From Gammaproteobacteria bacterium (GTDB lineage: Bacteria; Pseudomonadota; Gammaproteobacteria; JABABF01): a DNA stretch of 64,000 nucleotides. Position numbers and translations under genes: made by a program. Within the stretch, counting starts at the first letter, position 1, and each line of letters opens with the position of its first letter. The stretch covers positions 1,581,961 to 1,645,960 of the forward strand of contig OZ244031.1 of assembly GCA_965215045.1 (NCBI GenBank), given 5' to 3'. The notes beneath the pieces were generated by a model. The model had not been told where the DNA came from and did no database searches. It saw nothing but the letters and a program-made list of their open reading frames with translations. Shown here in pieces: positions 1-9,744 of this stretch.

Positions 1-1
1 G

Positions 2-262
2 GCATACTCCCTGGAGGAGTTCCTGGAAGCCGCGCCCGGGCGCAGTACCCGGGCCGGGTTGCGGGCGGCGGTGCCGCTGATGATGGCCGGTCTGGTGGAA
101 CTGGCGTACCGGGAATGCGTGGCGCGGCACCCTGAGCTGCGCTCTCCCCCGGTACTGCTCTCCGGCGGTGGGCGGCGGGTTTTGCGGCCGCACTTGCAAC
201 TGGAGCGGGTCGAAGAGTGCCCCGCCCTGGTGTTGGATGGTTTGCGCCTTGCGACGCCGTGA
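2..262 (+). CDS. coaX: Type III pantothenate kinase, C-terminal fragment (gene starts left of the window)
   Basis: Frame-2 translation ...PVLLSGGGRRVLRPHLQLERVEECPALVLDGLRLATP* matches the conserved CoaX C-terminus (LTGGGA...PDLVL.GL). It sits directly upstream of a tRNA-Thr, as in many gammaproteobacteria. Confidence 0.6.
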   Translation, partial: AYSLEEFLEAAPGRSTRAGLRAAVPLMMAGLVELAYRECVARHPELRSPPVLLSGGGRRVLRPHLQLERVEECPALVLDGLRLATP

Positions 263-457
263 TGTCACCGCTCCTGCGGCGCACCGGGGGAGGGTGCGAC
301 AGGTCTCGCTCCCCGGGTATCCTTGGGGACGGGTGCGACAGGTCTTGCCTGCGGGGAAGTTGGGGGCTCGGGTCGGGAGCTCGGGTTGGGAGCAGGTGCG
401 GCGGGCAGGGCCTGCGGACTGCGGGGAAGCCGTCGAGGCCTGGGGTCGGGTGCGGGC

Positions 458-533
458 GCCGGAATAGCTCAATTGGCAGAGCAACGCATTTGTAATGCGT
501 AGGTTGTCAGTTCGACTCTGACTTCCGGCACCA
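458..533 (+). tRNA. tRNA-Thr (anticodon TGT)
   Basis: 76-nt cloverleaf GCCGGAA...TTCCGGC-ACCA. Anticodon arm ACGCA-TTTGTAA-TGCGT, T-loop TTCGACT. Confidence 0.9.
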
Positions 534-564
534 ACCCTCCCGCACACGGAAAACCTGTGAACCC

Positions 565-600
565 CGTAGAGGTGCGGGCCGGCAAACTGTATATAATTCT
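565..600 (+). promoter_or_regulatory. Putative sigma70-type promoter (TATAAT at 592..597) upstream of the first DUF3604-like gene
   Basis: AT-rich TATATAAT about 30 nt upstream of the ATG at 628. The -35 element is weak. Confidence 0.3.
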
Positions 601-627
601 CCCCTGTTATCTGATTGGGGAAACCAC

Positions 628-2616
628 ATGCACCTGTCCTGGCGTCTGCTCTGCGCCCTGTTACTTCTGGGTCCCGTTTTTCCCGCCGATGTCTTCGCCC
701 AGTATCCACCCCGTCCCTACCAGGTGACGGAGAAACGCGATCCCTGTCGCGACTACCAGGAGCAGAAGCAGCTGTTCTGGGGGGATACGCACGTGCACAC
801 GACTTTCTCCCTGGATGCCGGCATCCAGGATACCCGCAACCGGCCCGAAGATGCTTACCGTTATGCGCGGGGCGAGCGCCTGGGCCTGCAACCCTACGAT
901 GAACAGGGGCAACCGCTGCGTTTTTCGCAGTTGCGGGAGCCGTTGGACTTTAGCGTGATCAGCGATCACGCCGAGGCCCTGGGCATCGTCGGCGTTTGCA
1001 CCACGCCGGGGTACGAGGGCTATGACTCTTTTACCTGCAAGTCCTACAGGGATCGTCCCAGTCTCGCCTATTTCATGATGCTGCGCCTGCCGATCGGCAG
1101 CCGTTACCTGGCGAATCGTTACCCGTGGCTGGGTTTCCTGAGAAAACTGACGGACCGGGATGCGGGTCTGCCGTCCCTGTGCGGGGAGGGAGGCCGGGAT
1201 TGCCTGAAGATGGGCAGTGAGCGCTGGCAGCAGATCCAGGCGGCGGCGGAGGCGGCGTACGACCGCTCTTCCGCCTGCAACTTTACTTCTTTTGTCGGTT
1301 ACGAGTGGACCGGGGACACGGAGGTGAACCTGCACCGCAACGTGGTGTTCCGCAACCGCAATGTTCCGGCACACCCGGTCAGCTATGTCGATGTCGCCAC
1401 CCCCGAGGAGCTGTGGCAGACTTTCCAGCGCGACTGCCTGGATGCGGACAACGGCTGCGATGTGCTGGCCATCCCCCATAATTCCAACCTCAGTGACGGC
1501 CGGATGTTCCCGGACTGGAAGGGCGGGGCCGGGGATTACGGCCCGGAGCAGGCGCGCCTGCGCGCCCGGGTCGAGCCGGTATTTGAAATCATGCAGCACA
1601 AGGGAGATTCGGAATGCTGGTACGGAGAGGGCGTCCAAGATGAACTGTGCGCCTTTGAAAAACTGCCCTATAACCTGTTTGCCGGGAGATTTTTCTCCCG
1701 TTTCCAGGAGCCGACCGAGCCGGGGGATGGCTATGCGCGGGGCATCCTGGCCCAGGGCATGCGTTACTGGCGGGGCATGGGTATCGATCCCTACCTGATG
1801 GGGTTTATCGGCAGCAGCGACACGCACCTGGGCACGCCGGGGGCGGTGGAGGAGGCGGACCACCAGGGGCATGGCGGTGCCGGCCGGGTGGAATTCGGGG
1901 AATTGCCGCAGGGGCTGCCCGATGACCTGGAGTTCAACCCCGGCGGGCTGGCGGCGGTGTGGGCCGAGGAAAACACGCGCGATGCGTTGTTTTCCGCGAT
2001 GCAACGGCGCGAGACGTACGGCACCAGCGGGCCGCGCATCCGACTGCGCTTTTTTGGCGGTTGGAATTATGATCCGTACTTGTGCAACCGGGGAATGCGC
2101 GACATAGTGGGCCAGGGCTATGCGCGCGGTGCGCCGATGGGCGGTGTCCTGGAGGAGAAACCCGGCGGCCGGCTGGGCTTCGTGATCGATGCCTGGCGCG
2201 CCTCCCGGAGCGCGCGCCTGCAGCAGGTGCAAATCATCAAGGGCTGGGTTGACGGGCGGGGCAATACCCGCGAAAAAATCTACCTGGCGGCGGGCGACCC
2301 CGAGAATGGTGCCAGCGTGGACCCGGTGAGCTGCCAGACGCAGGGCAGCGGCTATGACCGCCTGTGCAAGGTGTGGCAGGACCCGGATTTCAAGCGCGGG
2401 CAACAGGCGTATTACTATGCGCGGGTGGTGGAGAACCCGAGTTGCCGCTGGAGTGCGCGCGTATGCAGTGCGCACCAGGTCGACTGCGAGCAGCCCGGGA
2501 CCATCCCCGAGGGGCTTGCGGGCTGCTGTGCGCCGGAACACCGGCCGGTGGTCCAGGAGCGGGCCTGGAGTTCGCCGATCTGGTATCGTCCCGCCGCCGC
2601 CCGGGCGCAGCCTTGA
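628..2616 (+). CDS. Secreted DUF3604-like protein (PHP-type metal-dependent hydrolase fold), paralog 1 of 4
   Basis: 662 aa with an N-terminal signal-like segment (LLCALLLLGPVFPADVFAQ). Shares motifs FWGDTHVHTTFS.D, DFSVISDHAE, IPHNSNLSDG, MQHKGDSECWYG, RETYGTSGPRIRLRFFGGW and a C-terminal Cys-rich CRWSARVC...VDC...GCCAPEHRPVVQERAWSSPIWY. Length and motifs fit DUF3604. Confidence 0.8.
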   Translation: MHLSWRLLCALLLLGPVFPADVFAQYPPRPYQVTEKRDPCRDYQEQKQLFWGDTHVHTTFSLDAGIQDTRNRPEDAYRYARGERLGLQPYDEQGQPLRFSQLREPLDFSVISDHAEALGIVGVCTTPGYEGYDSFTCKSYRDRPSLAYFMMLRLPIGSRYLANRYPWLGFLRKLTDRDAGLPSLCGEGGRDCLKMGSERWQQIQAAAEAAYDRSSACNFTSFVGYEWTGDTEVNLHRNVVFRNRNVPAHPVSYVDVATPEELWQTFQRDCLDADNGCDVLAIPHNSNLSDGRMFPDWKGGAGDYGPEQARLRARVEPVFEIMQHKGDSECWYGEGVQDELCAFEKLPYNLFAGRFFSRFQEPTEPGDGYARGILAQGMRYWRGMGIDPYLMGFIGSSDTHLGTPGAVEEADHQGHGGAGRVEFGELPQGLPDDLEFNPGGLAAVWAEENTRDALFSAMQRRETYGTSGPRIRLRFFGGWNYDPYLCNRGMRDIVGQGYARGAPMGGVLEEKPGGRLGFVIDAWRASRSARLQQVQIIKGWVDGRGNTREKIYLAAGDPENGASVDPVSCQTQGSGYDRLCKVWQDPDFKRGQQAYYYARVVENPSCRWSARVCSAHQVDCEQPGTIPEGLAGCCAPEHRPVVQERAWSSPIWYRPAAARAQP

Positions 2617-2633
2617 GAACCGCAGCGTATTGA

Positions 2634-4673
2634 ATGGGCGTGAGCGTCCATTGTCGTGCTGCGGTGTTCCGGCGTTATTGCCGGGGCCAGGGGGTACTGG
2701 TACTGCTGTTGGCAACCGGCACCTGGCTTCCCCTGCCGGTGGCGGCACAAGCGGCACCGGAGCGTCCCTACCGGGTCACCGAGGAGCGCGCCCCGTGCCG
2801 CGACTACCGTCCGCAAAAACAGCTGTTCTGGGGGGATACCCACGTGCACACGGCGTTCTCTGTCGATGCGGGCCTGCAGGACACCCGCAACCGGCCGGCA
2901 GATGCCTACCGCTATGCCCGGGGCGAGCGCCTGGGACTGCAACCGTACGATGAGCAGGGGCGCCCGCTGCGTTTTTCGCAGTTGCGGGAACCGCTGGATT
3001 TCACCGTCGTCAGCGACCATGCCGAAAATTTGGGCATGGTCGCCGTGTGCACGACACCGGGTTACAAGGGGTATGACTCCTTCACCTGTACCTCCTTCAG
3101 AAAACGACCGCGTCTGTCCTATTTTTTCAGTGCCGGCATGACGCTGGGCAGCCGCTACCTGGCCGAGCGTTACTCGTGGCTGGGTTTCCTGGGAAAACTG
3201 ACGGACCCGAACCGGCCACCGCCGGCCCTGTGCGGGGAGGACGGCCGGGACTGCCGGCAATTGCGCCGGGCCCGCTGGCGGCAGATCCAGGAAGCGGCGG
3301 AGGCGGCCTATGATCGCAGCCCCGCCTGCAGTTTCACTTCTTTTGTCGGTTACGAGTGGACCGGGAACGAGGCGGTGAACCTGCACCGCAACGTGATCTT
3401 CCGCAATCGCAATGTCACGGAGCGGCCGATCAGTTACATGGATGAGAGTACCCCGGAGAAGTTGTGGCAGGCCCTGCAAAGCGAGTGCCTGGAGGCGGGC
3501 AAGGGCTGTGACGTGCTGGCCATTCCGCATAACTCCAATCTCAGTGACGGCCAGATGTTCCGGCCCTGGACGGGCGGTGCCGGCGATTACAGCCCGGGGC
3601 AGGCGCGCCTGCGCGTGCGCATCGAACCGATGTTCGAGATCATGCAACACAAGGGCGATGCGGAATGCTGGTACGGGGTGGGAGTCCGGGATGAATTCTG
3701 CGCCTTTGAAAAGCTGCCCTACGATCGCTTCGTCGGCCGGTTTTTCCGCGGTCTGCGCGAGCATCCCGAACCCCGCGATGGCTATGCGCGGGACATCCTG
3801 GCCCAGGGCATGCGCTATTTTCGGGGCATCGGCGTCGATCCCTACCAGGTGGGTTTTATCGGCAGCAGCGATACGCACCTGGGCACGCCGGGGGCGGTGG
3901 AGGAGACCGGCCACCAGGGCCACGGCGGTGCCGGCAAGATGAGTTTTGGCGAAGTGCAGCCGGGTCTGCCGGATGACCTGGAGTACAACCCCGGCGGACT
4001 GGCGGCGGTGTGGGCGGAGGAGAATACGCGCGATTCGCTGTTTGCGGCACTGCGTCGGCGCGAGGCCTACGGCACCAGCGGGCCGCGCATCCGGCTGCGT
4101 TTTTTCGGCGGCTGGAACTATGACCCGCAGCTGTGCAGCCGTGAGCTGCGGGAACTGGTCGCCCAGGGCTATGCGCGGGGTGCGCCGATGGGCGGCGTCC
4201 TGGAGGCGGCAGCGGACGGTGCGCGCCCGGGTTTCGTGGTCGATGCCTGGCGCGCCGCCGGCGGGGAGGATGCACCGCTGCAGCAGCTGCAGATCATCAA
4301 GGGTTGGCTCGATGCCCGGGGCCGGGCGCAGGAAAAAATCTACACGGTGGCGGGCGATCCTGACAACGGGGCCGGCGTGGACCTGGCGACGTGTCGGAGA
4401 CGGGGCAGCGGCTATGACCGCCTGTGCCAGGTGTGGCAGGACCCCGATTTCGAGAGCGGGCAGCAGGCGTATTATTACGCGCGGGTGCTGCAGAACCCGG
4501 GCTGCCGCTGGAGTGCGCACATCTGCGCAGCGCATCAAGTTGACTGCAAACGGCCCCAGACCATCACCGAGGGCCTGGAGGGCTGCTGTGCACGGGAGCA
4601 CCGGCCGGTGATCCAGGAGCGGGCCTGGAGTTCGCCGATCTGGTATCGTCCCGCCGCCCGGGCCGCGCGCTGA
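2634..4673 (+). CDS. Secreted DUF3604-like protein, paralog 2
   Basis: 679 aa, same conserved blocks as paralog 1 (FWGDTHVHTAFSVD, DFTVVSDHAE, IPHNSNLSDG...). Signal-like N-terminus ends VAAQAA. Starts 18 nt after paralog 1. Confidence 0.8.
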   Translation: MGVSVHCRAAVFRRYCRGQGVLVLLLATGTWLPLPVAAQAAPERPYRVTEERAPCRDYRPQKQLFWGDTHVHTAFSVDAGLQDTRNRPADAYRYARGERLGLQPYDEQGRPLRFSQLREPLDFTVVSDHAENLGMVAVCTTPGYKGYDSFTCTSFRKRPRLSYFFSAGMTLGSRYLAERYSWLGFLGKLTDPNRPPPALCGEDGRDCRQLRRARWRQIQEAAEAAYDRSPACSFTSFVGYEWTGNEAVNLHRNVIFRNRNVTERPISYMDESTPEKLWQALQSECLEAGKGCDVLAIPHNSNLSDGQMFRPWTGGAGDYSPGQARLRVRIEPMFEIMQHKGDAECWYGVGVRDEFCAFEKLPYDRFVGRFFRGLREHPEPRDGYARDILAQGMRYFRGIGVDPYQVGFIGSSDTHLGTPGAVEETGHQGHGGAGKMSFGEVQPGLPDDLEYNPGGLAAVWAEENTRDSLFAALRRREAYGTSGPRIRLRFFGGWNYDPQLCSRELRELVAQGYARGAPMGGVLEAAADGARPGFVVDAWRAAGGEDAPLQQLQIIKGWLDARGRAQEKIYTVAGDPDNGAGVDLATCRRRGSGYDRLCQVWQDPDFESGQQAYYYARVLQNPGCRWSAHICAAHQVDCKRPQTITEGLEGCCAREHRPVIQERAWSSPIWYRPAARAAR

Positions 4674-4677
4674 GTCG

Positions 4678-6693
4678 ATGCGCCGGTCCCCGCAGCTCCT
4701 GCCGCAAGGGAGTGTCCTGGTACCGCTGTTGGCGGCCTGTGCCTGTGCCGTCCTGCCGGTTGCAGCGCAGTCACCGGAGCGGCCGTACGCGCTCACCGAG
4801 GCGCGCGAGCCCTGCCGCGATTACCGCCCGCAAAAACAGCTGTTCTGGGGCGATACCCACGTGCATACGGCTTTTTCCTTCGATGCCGGCATCTATGGAA
4901 CCCGCAACCGGCCGGAAGATGCCTACCGCTATGCCCGCGGCGAGCGCCTGGGATTGCAGCCCTACGATGCGCAGGGCCGGGCACTGCGTTTTTCGCAATT
5001 GCGGGAACCGCTGGATTTCACCGTGGTCAGCGACCATGCCGAAGGTCTGGGCATTGCGGGTGTTTGCGGCGTGCCGGGCTACGAGGGCTATGACTCCTTC
5101 ACCTGCACCTCCTACAGGGAACGGCCGCGTCTTGCGCGTTTCCTGATGTTGCAACTCCCGCTCATTCGCCGCCACCTGGCCGAGCGTTACTCGTGGCTGG
5201 GTTTTCTGAAAAGACCGGAGGTCCGGGTGCGAGAGCCGCCCGCCCTGTGCGGGGAGGGGGGCAGGGACTGCCTGCAGGGCGGCCGGGAAATCTGGCGGCA
5301 GATCCAGGAAGCGGCAGAGCGCGCCTACGACCGCACTTCCGCCTGCCGTTTCACTTCTTTTGTCGCTTATGAGTGGACCGGGGATACGCGGGTGAACCTG
5401 CACCGCAACGTGATCTTCCGCAACCGCGAGGTGCTGGCACGGCCGATCAGTTACCTGGATGCGCCTACCCCGGAGGAGTTGTGGCAGGGGCTCCAACGCG
5501 ATTGCCTGGATGCCGGCAACGGCTGTGACTTGTTGGCCATTCCCCACAATGCCAATCTCAGCGACGGCCAGATGTTCCGACCCTGGGAGGGCGATACAAG
5601 CGATGATGCCCTGGCCCGGGCGCAGCTGCGCGCCCGCATCGAACCGGTGTTGGAAATCATGCAGCGCAAGGGGGACTCGGAGTGCTGGTTCGGGGCGGGG
5701 GTAGAGGATGAATTCTGCGCCTTTGAGAAACTGCCCTACGATCGATTTGCCGGAAGAACCTTCCGCAGTCTCGGGGCAGCACCCGAACCCGGCGATGGCT
5801 ATGCGCGGGACATCCTGGCCCGGGGCATGCGCTATTTTCGGGGTCTCGGCGTCGACCCCTACCGGCTGGGTTTTATCGGCAGCACGGATACACACCTGGG
5901 CATTTCGGGGGCGGTGGAGGAGGGCGGCTACCAGGGGCATGGCGACCCCGGGAATACGATACTGGGAAAATTGCCGGCGGCGGGTCTGCCGGATGCCCTG
6001 GAGTACAACCCCGGGGGATTGGCGGCGGTGTGGGCGGAGGAGAATACGCGCGATTCGCTGTTTGCGGCACTGCGTCGGCGCGAGGCCTACGGCACCAGCG
6101 GGCCGCGCATCCGGCTGCGCTTTTTCGGCGGCTGGGACTATGATCCGCAGCTGTGCCAGCAAGGAGTGCAGCACCTGGTCGACCGGGGTTATGCGCAGGG
6201 TGTGCCGATGGGCGGTGTCCTGGAGCCGGCCATGGACGGTGCCCGCCCGGGTTTCGTGGTCGATGCCTGGCGGGCCGCCGGCGGGGAAAACGCACCGCTG
6301 CAGCAGCTGCAGATCATCAAGGGTTGGCTCGATACCCGGGGCCGGGCCCAAGAAAAAATCTACACCGTGGCGGGTGAGCCCCGAAACGGGGCCGGTGTGG
6401 ACCTGGCGACATGCCGGGGACGGGGCAGCGGCTATGACCGCCTGTGCCAGGTGTGGGAGGACCCCGATTTCGAGAGCGGCCAGCAGGCGTATTATTATGT
6501 GCGGGTGCTCCAGAACCCGAGCTGCCGCTGGAGTGCGCGCATCTGCAATGCGCACCGGGTCGACTGCCAGCGGCCCGGGACCATCACCGGGGGACTTGCG
6601 GGCTGCTGTGCACCGGAGCACCGGCCGGTGATCCAGGAGCGGGCCTGGAGTTCACCGATCTGGTATCGTCCCGTCGCCCGGGCACCACACTGA
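4678..6693 (+). CDS. Secreted DUF3604-like protein, paralog 3
   Basis: 671 aa, same blocks (FWGDTHVHTAFSFD, DFTVVSDHAE, IPHNANLSDG). Starts 5 nt after paralog 2. Confidence 0.8.
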   Translation: MRRSPQLLPQGSVLVPLLAACACAVLPVAAQSPERPYALTEAREPCRDYRPQKQLFWGDTHVHTAFSFDAGIYGTRNRPEDAYRYARGERLGLQPYDAQGRALRFSQLREPLDFTVVSDHAEGLGIAGVCGVPGYEGYDSFTCTSYRERPRLARFLMLQLPLIRRHLAERYSWLGFLKRPEVRVREPPALCGEGGRDCLQGGREIWRQIQEAAERAYDRTSACRFTSFVAYEWTGDTRVNLHRNVIFRNREVLARPISYLDAPTPEELWQGLQRDCLDAGNGCDLLAIPHNANLSDGQMFRPWEGDTSDDALARAQLRARIEPVLEIMQRKGDSECWFGAGVEDEFCAFEKLPYDRFAGRTFRSLGAAPEPGDGYARDILARGMRYFRGLGVDPYRLGFIGSTDTHLGISGAVEEGGYQGHGDPGNTILGKLPAAGLPDALEYNPGGLAAVWAEENTRDSLFAALRRREAYGTSGPRIRLRFFGGWDYDPQLCQQGVQHLVDRGYAQGVPMGGVLEPAMDGARPGFVVDAWRAAGGENAPLQQLQIIKGWLDTRGRAQEKIYTVAGEPRNGAGVDLATCRGRGSGYDRLCQVWEDPDFESGQQAYYYVRVLQNPSCRWSARICNAHRVDCQRPGTITGGLAGCCAPEHRPVIQERAWSSPIWYRPVARAPH

Positions 6694-6703
6694 GGATCAT
6701 GTA

Positions 6704-8725
6704 ATGATGAATCGACATTCGCATCCCCTGCCGCTGAGCGGTATCTCGGTACTGCTGCTGGGGGCGTTCGCCTGGGCCTCCCCGCCGCTTGCAGCACAGG
6801 CACCGGAGCGGCCGTACACGATCACCGAGGAGCGCGAGCCCTGCCGCGATTACCGTCCGGAAAAACAGGTGTTCTGGGGCGACACCCACGTGCACACCGC
6901 GTACTCTTTTGACGCCTCTATGTGGGACACGCGCAATGACCCGGACGACGCCTACCGCTTCGCCCGGGGCGAGCCGGCGGGCATCCTGCCGTATAGCGAA
7001 CAGGGCGAGGCACAGCGCTGGGTGCAATTGCCCCGGCCGCTGGATTTTGCCATGGTCTCCGACCATGCCGAGCACCTGGGGCGCATCGATATCTGCGCGC
7101 GCAAAGACCTGCTGGGGTACTATTCGATCAACTGCAGGATCTTTCGCGGCCGCCCGCAACTGAGCTTTTTCACCAACCTGGCGATGCCGCTGATTCTGAA
7201 GGAACTCACGCTGCAGAACGATAATTGGCGCTTCCTGAAAAAGTTGTTTCGCGCCGAACAACCGCCGCTGTTCTGCGGCCCTGACAACCGGCGCTGTTAC
7301 GAAGCCGCGCGGCCGGTCTGGAAGCGCATCCAGGCGGCGGCGGAGCGCGCTTACGATCGCAGCACCGCCTGCCGTTTTACTTCTTTTGTCGGCTATGAAT
7401 GGACCGCCTACACCGGCGGCAATATTCATCGCAACGTGGTGTTCCGCAATGAGCGGGTGCCGGCGGACCCGATCAGTGCCAACGAGGCCCCCGAGGCTCC
7501 CGGGCTGTGGCGGGCCTTGGATCGCGAGTGCATCCAGGGGGTTCCCGGTTGCGATGTGCTGGTCATCCCGCACAACAGTAACGTGAGCCGGGGGCTGATG
7601 TTCCCCGACCCGGGCGGGGAGCGCACCGCACCGCACAACCCGCGCACCGCGGTGCTGAGTGCCCGTTTTGATCGCCTGTTCGAGATCATGCAGCACAAGG
7701 GCGATTCCGAGTGCTGGTACGGACAGGGGATCGCCGATGAACTGTGCGCCTTTGAGAAGCTGAGTTACGACGCCCTGGGTGCCCAGATCAGCCCGCGCTT
7801 TGCCATCCCCAGTCATCCCAGCGATGGTTTCCTGCGCCCCGTGCTGTCGTCGGGCCTGGTCTACCAGCGGCAATTCGGCGTCAATCCCTACCGCCTGGGC
7901 GTGATCGCGAGCACGGACAATCACCTGGGCACGCCGGGTTCGGTCGAGGAATACAATTTTGTCGGGCACACGGGCATCTCTGCCAACAGGAATTTCCAGA
8001 ACATGAGTGCCGGTCTGCGCCTGCCGGATTCGCCGAACTTCAATCCCGGCGGGCTGGCGGCGGTGTGGGCGGAAGAGAATACGCGCGACTCGCTGTTTTC
8101 TGCGATGCGCCGCCGCGAGACGTACGGCACCAGCGGCCCGCGGCTCGAGGTGCGCTTTTTCGGCGGTTGGAACTATCCCGCAGACTTGTGTCGCAACCCC
8201 GACTGGGTGAAGGAGGCGTATGCGGGCGGGGTGCCGATGGGCGGTGTCCTGGCCGCGGATGCCGCACTCGGAACCGCCGCTGCACCGCGCTTTTTGCTGT
8301 ATGCGCGTCGCGACCCGGGTGTCGCCGGGCATCCGGGTCTGCCGCTGCAATACATGCAGCTTATCAAGGGCTGGGTAGATGAGCGGGGCACCGCACAGGA
8401 GAAGGTCTACGACGTCGCCGGCAACCCCGACAGCGAGGCCGGGGTGGACAGTGACTGTCGGCCGCACGGTGCGGGATACCAGCGGCTGTGCCAGGTGTGG
8501 AGCGACCCGGACTTTGATGCGGGGCGCGATGCCTGGTACTACGCGCGCGTGTTGCAGAATCCGAGCTGCCGCTGGAGTGCTCGCTGGTGCAGTGCGCAGG
8601 GGGTGAACTGCGAGGATCCGGCATCGGTTCCCGCGGGCATGGAAGCCTGTTGTGCAGCGGATCATCGCCGGGTGATCCGGGAGCGGGCCTGGACTTCGCC
8701 GATCTGGTACCAGGCGCAGCCGTGA
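6704..8725 (+). CDS. Secreted DUF3604-like protein, paralog 4 (most divergent)
   Basis: 673 aa with the same core motifs (FWGDTHVHTAYSFD, DFAMVSDHAE, IPHNSNVSRG, MQHKGDSECWYG, C-terminal CCAADHRRVIRERAWTSPIWY). Signal-like N-terminus. Confidence 0.8.
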   Translation: MMNRHSHPLPLSGISVLLLGAFAWASPPLAAQAPERPYTITEEREPCRDYRPEKQVFWGDTHVHTAYSFDASMWDTRNDPDDAYRFARGEPAGILPYSEQGEAQRWVQLPRPLDFAMVSDHAEHLGRIDICARKDLLGYYSINCRIFRGRPQLSFFTNLAMPLILKELTLQNDNWRFLKKLFRAEQPPLFCGPDNRRCYEAARPVWKRIQAAAERAYDRSTACRFTSFVGYEWTAYTGGNIHRNVVFRNERVPADPISANEAPEAPGLWRALDRECIQGVPGCDVLVIPHNSNVSRGLMFPDPGGERTAPHNPRTAVLSARFDRLFEIMQHKGDSECWYGQGIADELCAFEKLSYDALGAQISPRFAIPSHPSDGFLRPVLSSGLVYQRQFGVNPYRLGVIASTDNHLGTPGSVEEYNFVGHTGISANRNFQNMSAGLRLPDSPNFNPGGLAAVWAEENTRDSLFSAMRRRETYGTSGPRLEVRFFGGWNYPADLCRNPDWVKEAYAGGVPMGGVLAADAALGTAAAPRFLLYARRDPGVAGHPGLPLQYMQLIKGWVDERGTAQEKVYDVAGNPDSEAGVDSDCRPHGAGYQRLCQVWSDPDFDAGRDAWYYARVLQNPSCRWSARWCSAQGVNCEDPASVPAGMEACCAADHRRVIRERAWTSPIWYQAQP

Positions 8726-8829
8726 AGCCAGTCGGCACAATTTTTTCTTGTATTTCTCCGTCGCCAATGCCGAACCCCGGTCTCCAGGAGAGCGGCCCTA
8801 AGCGCTGCTGAGCCCGACTGCGTCCGGCG

Positions 8830-9744
8830 ATGCGCCCGTTTCTCAAACCGGGAAAAAGGTCCTGGCTGCATTTCCTGGCACTGGGCCTGCTGCTGTACCT
8901 GGCGACCCTGTTATGGCCCGAACACGAGCCGCCGCCGGAACCGGTGCGACTGGATGAGACCCGGGTACAGGAACTGCGCCTGGGCTGGTTGCGGCGCACC
9001 GGGACCTACCCGGATGCGCGGCAGATGGAGGCCCTGGTGGAAGACGCGATCGACCGGGAGTTGCTGTTCCAGGAGGGTTTGCGGCTGGGCCTGCACTTGG
9101 TCGACAACGTGGTCTGGCGGCGCCTGGTGCGGAACATGCGTTTTACCGGCATGGAGGGCAGCGACTGGAAATTACTGCGCCAGGCCCTGGATTTCGACAT
9201 GCACCGCAATGATATTGTCGTGCGCCGCCGGGTCATCCAGGTCATGGAGGAGCGGGCCCGCAGCCTGGTGGAGAAGCCTTCCGCGGCGGAATTGCGCGAG
9301 CAGTACCGGTTGCGCGAGGCGGAATTTCGCCGCCGCCTGACCAGTTTCCGGCACATTTTTTCAGGCTACCAGGAGCGCGGGTTGGAGCGGGCGCAGGCTG
9401 AAATCCAGGCCTTGCGGGCACAGTGCCGGGCCGCCCTGTTTGCCGGGCAGCGGGGCGACCCGCATCCCGCCGGTTTTGAATTGCTGCAGCGCACGGACCA
9501 CCAGGTCATGAAGTATTTCGGCGGTGATTTTGTGCAGGCATTGCAGGCGGCACCCGTGGGAGACTGTTTCGGACCGGTGGAGTCCGCCTACGGCGCACAC
9601 CTGGTGTGGGTGCTGGAGCGCAGCGACGAGACGCTGTCCTTTGCGCAGCTGCGGCCCCGCTTGCACGAAGACCTGGTGCGCCGCCGCAGCCGGACGATTC
9701 TCCGGGAACAGCTGCAGCAGCTGCGCCGGCAGCGCGGGATGTGA
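8830..9744 (+). CDS. Parvulin (PpiC)-type peptidyl-prolyl isomerase domain protein with SurA-like N-terminal region
   Basis: 304 aa with an N-terminal TM/signal segment. The C-terminal region (FRHIF...YFGGDFVQAL...GDCFGPVESAYGAHLVWVLER) resembles the parvulin fold (FG.H.I.V motif). Confidence 0.45.
   Translation: MRPFLKPGKRSWLHFLALGLLLYLATLLWPEHEPPPEPVRLDETRVQELRLGWLRRTGTYPDARQMEALVEDAIDRELLFQEGLRLGLHLVDNVVWRRLVRNMRFTGMEGSDWKLLRQALDFDMHRNDIVVRRRVIQVMEERARSLVEKPSAAELREQYRLREAEFRRRLTSFRHIFSGYQERGLERAQAEIQALRAQCRAALFAGQRGDPHPAGFELLQRTDHQVMKYFGGDFVQALQAAPVGDCFGPVESAYGAHLVWVLERSDETLSFAQLRPRLHEDLVRRRSRTILREQLQQLRRQRGM

Noticed and set aside
661-8767. Very long antisense ORFs (661..2757, 2415..4796, 4771..6621, 6584..8767, minus strand) opposite the DUF3604-like genes
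   Set aside because: Typical stop-codon-poor antisense frames of high-GC DNA. No homology-like motifs, and they overlap strongly supported sense genes along their full length.
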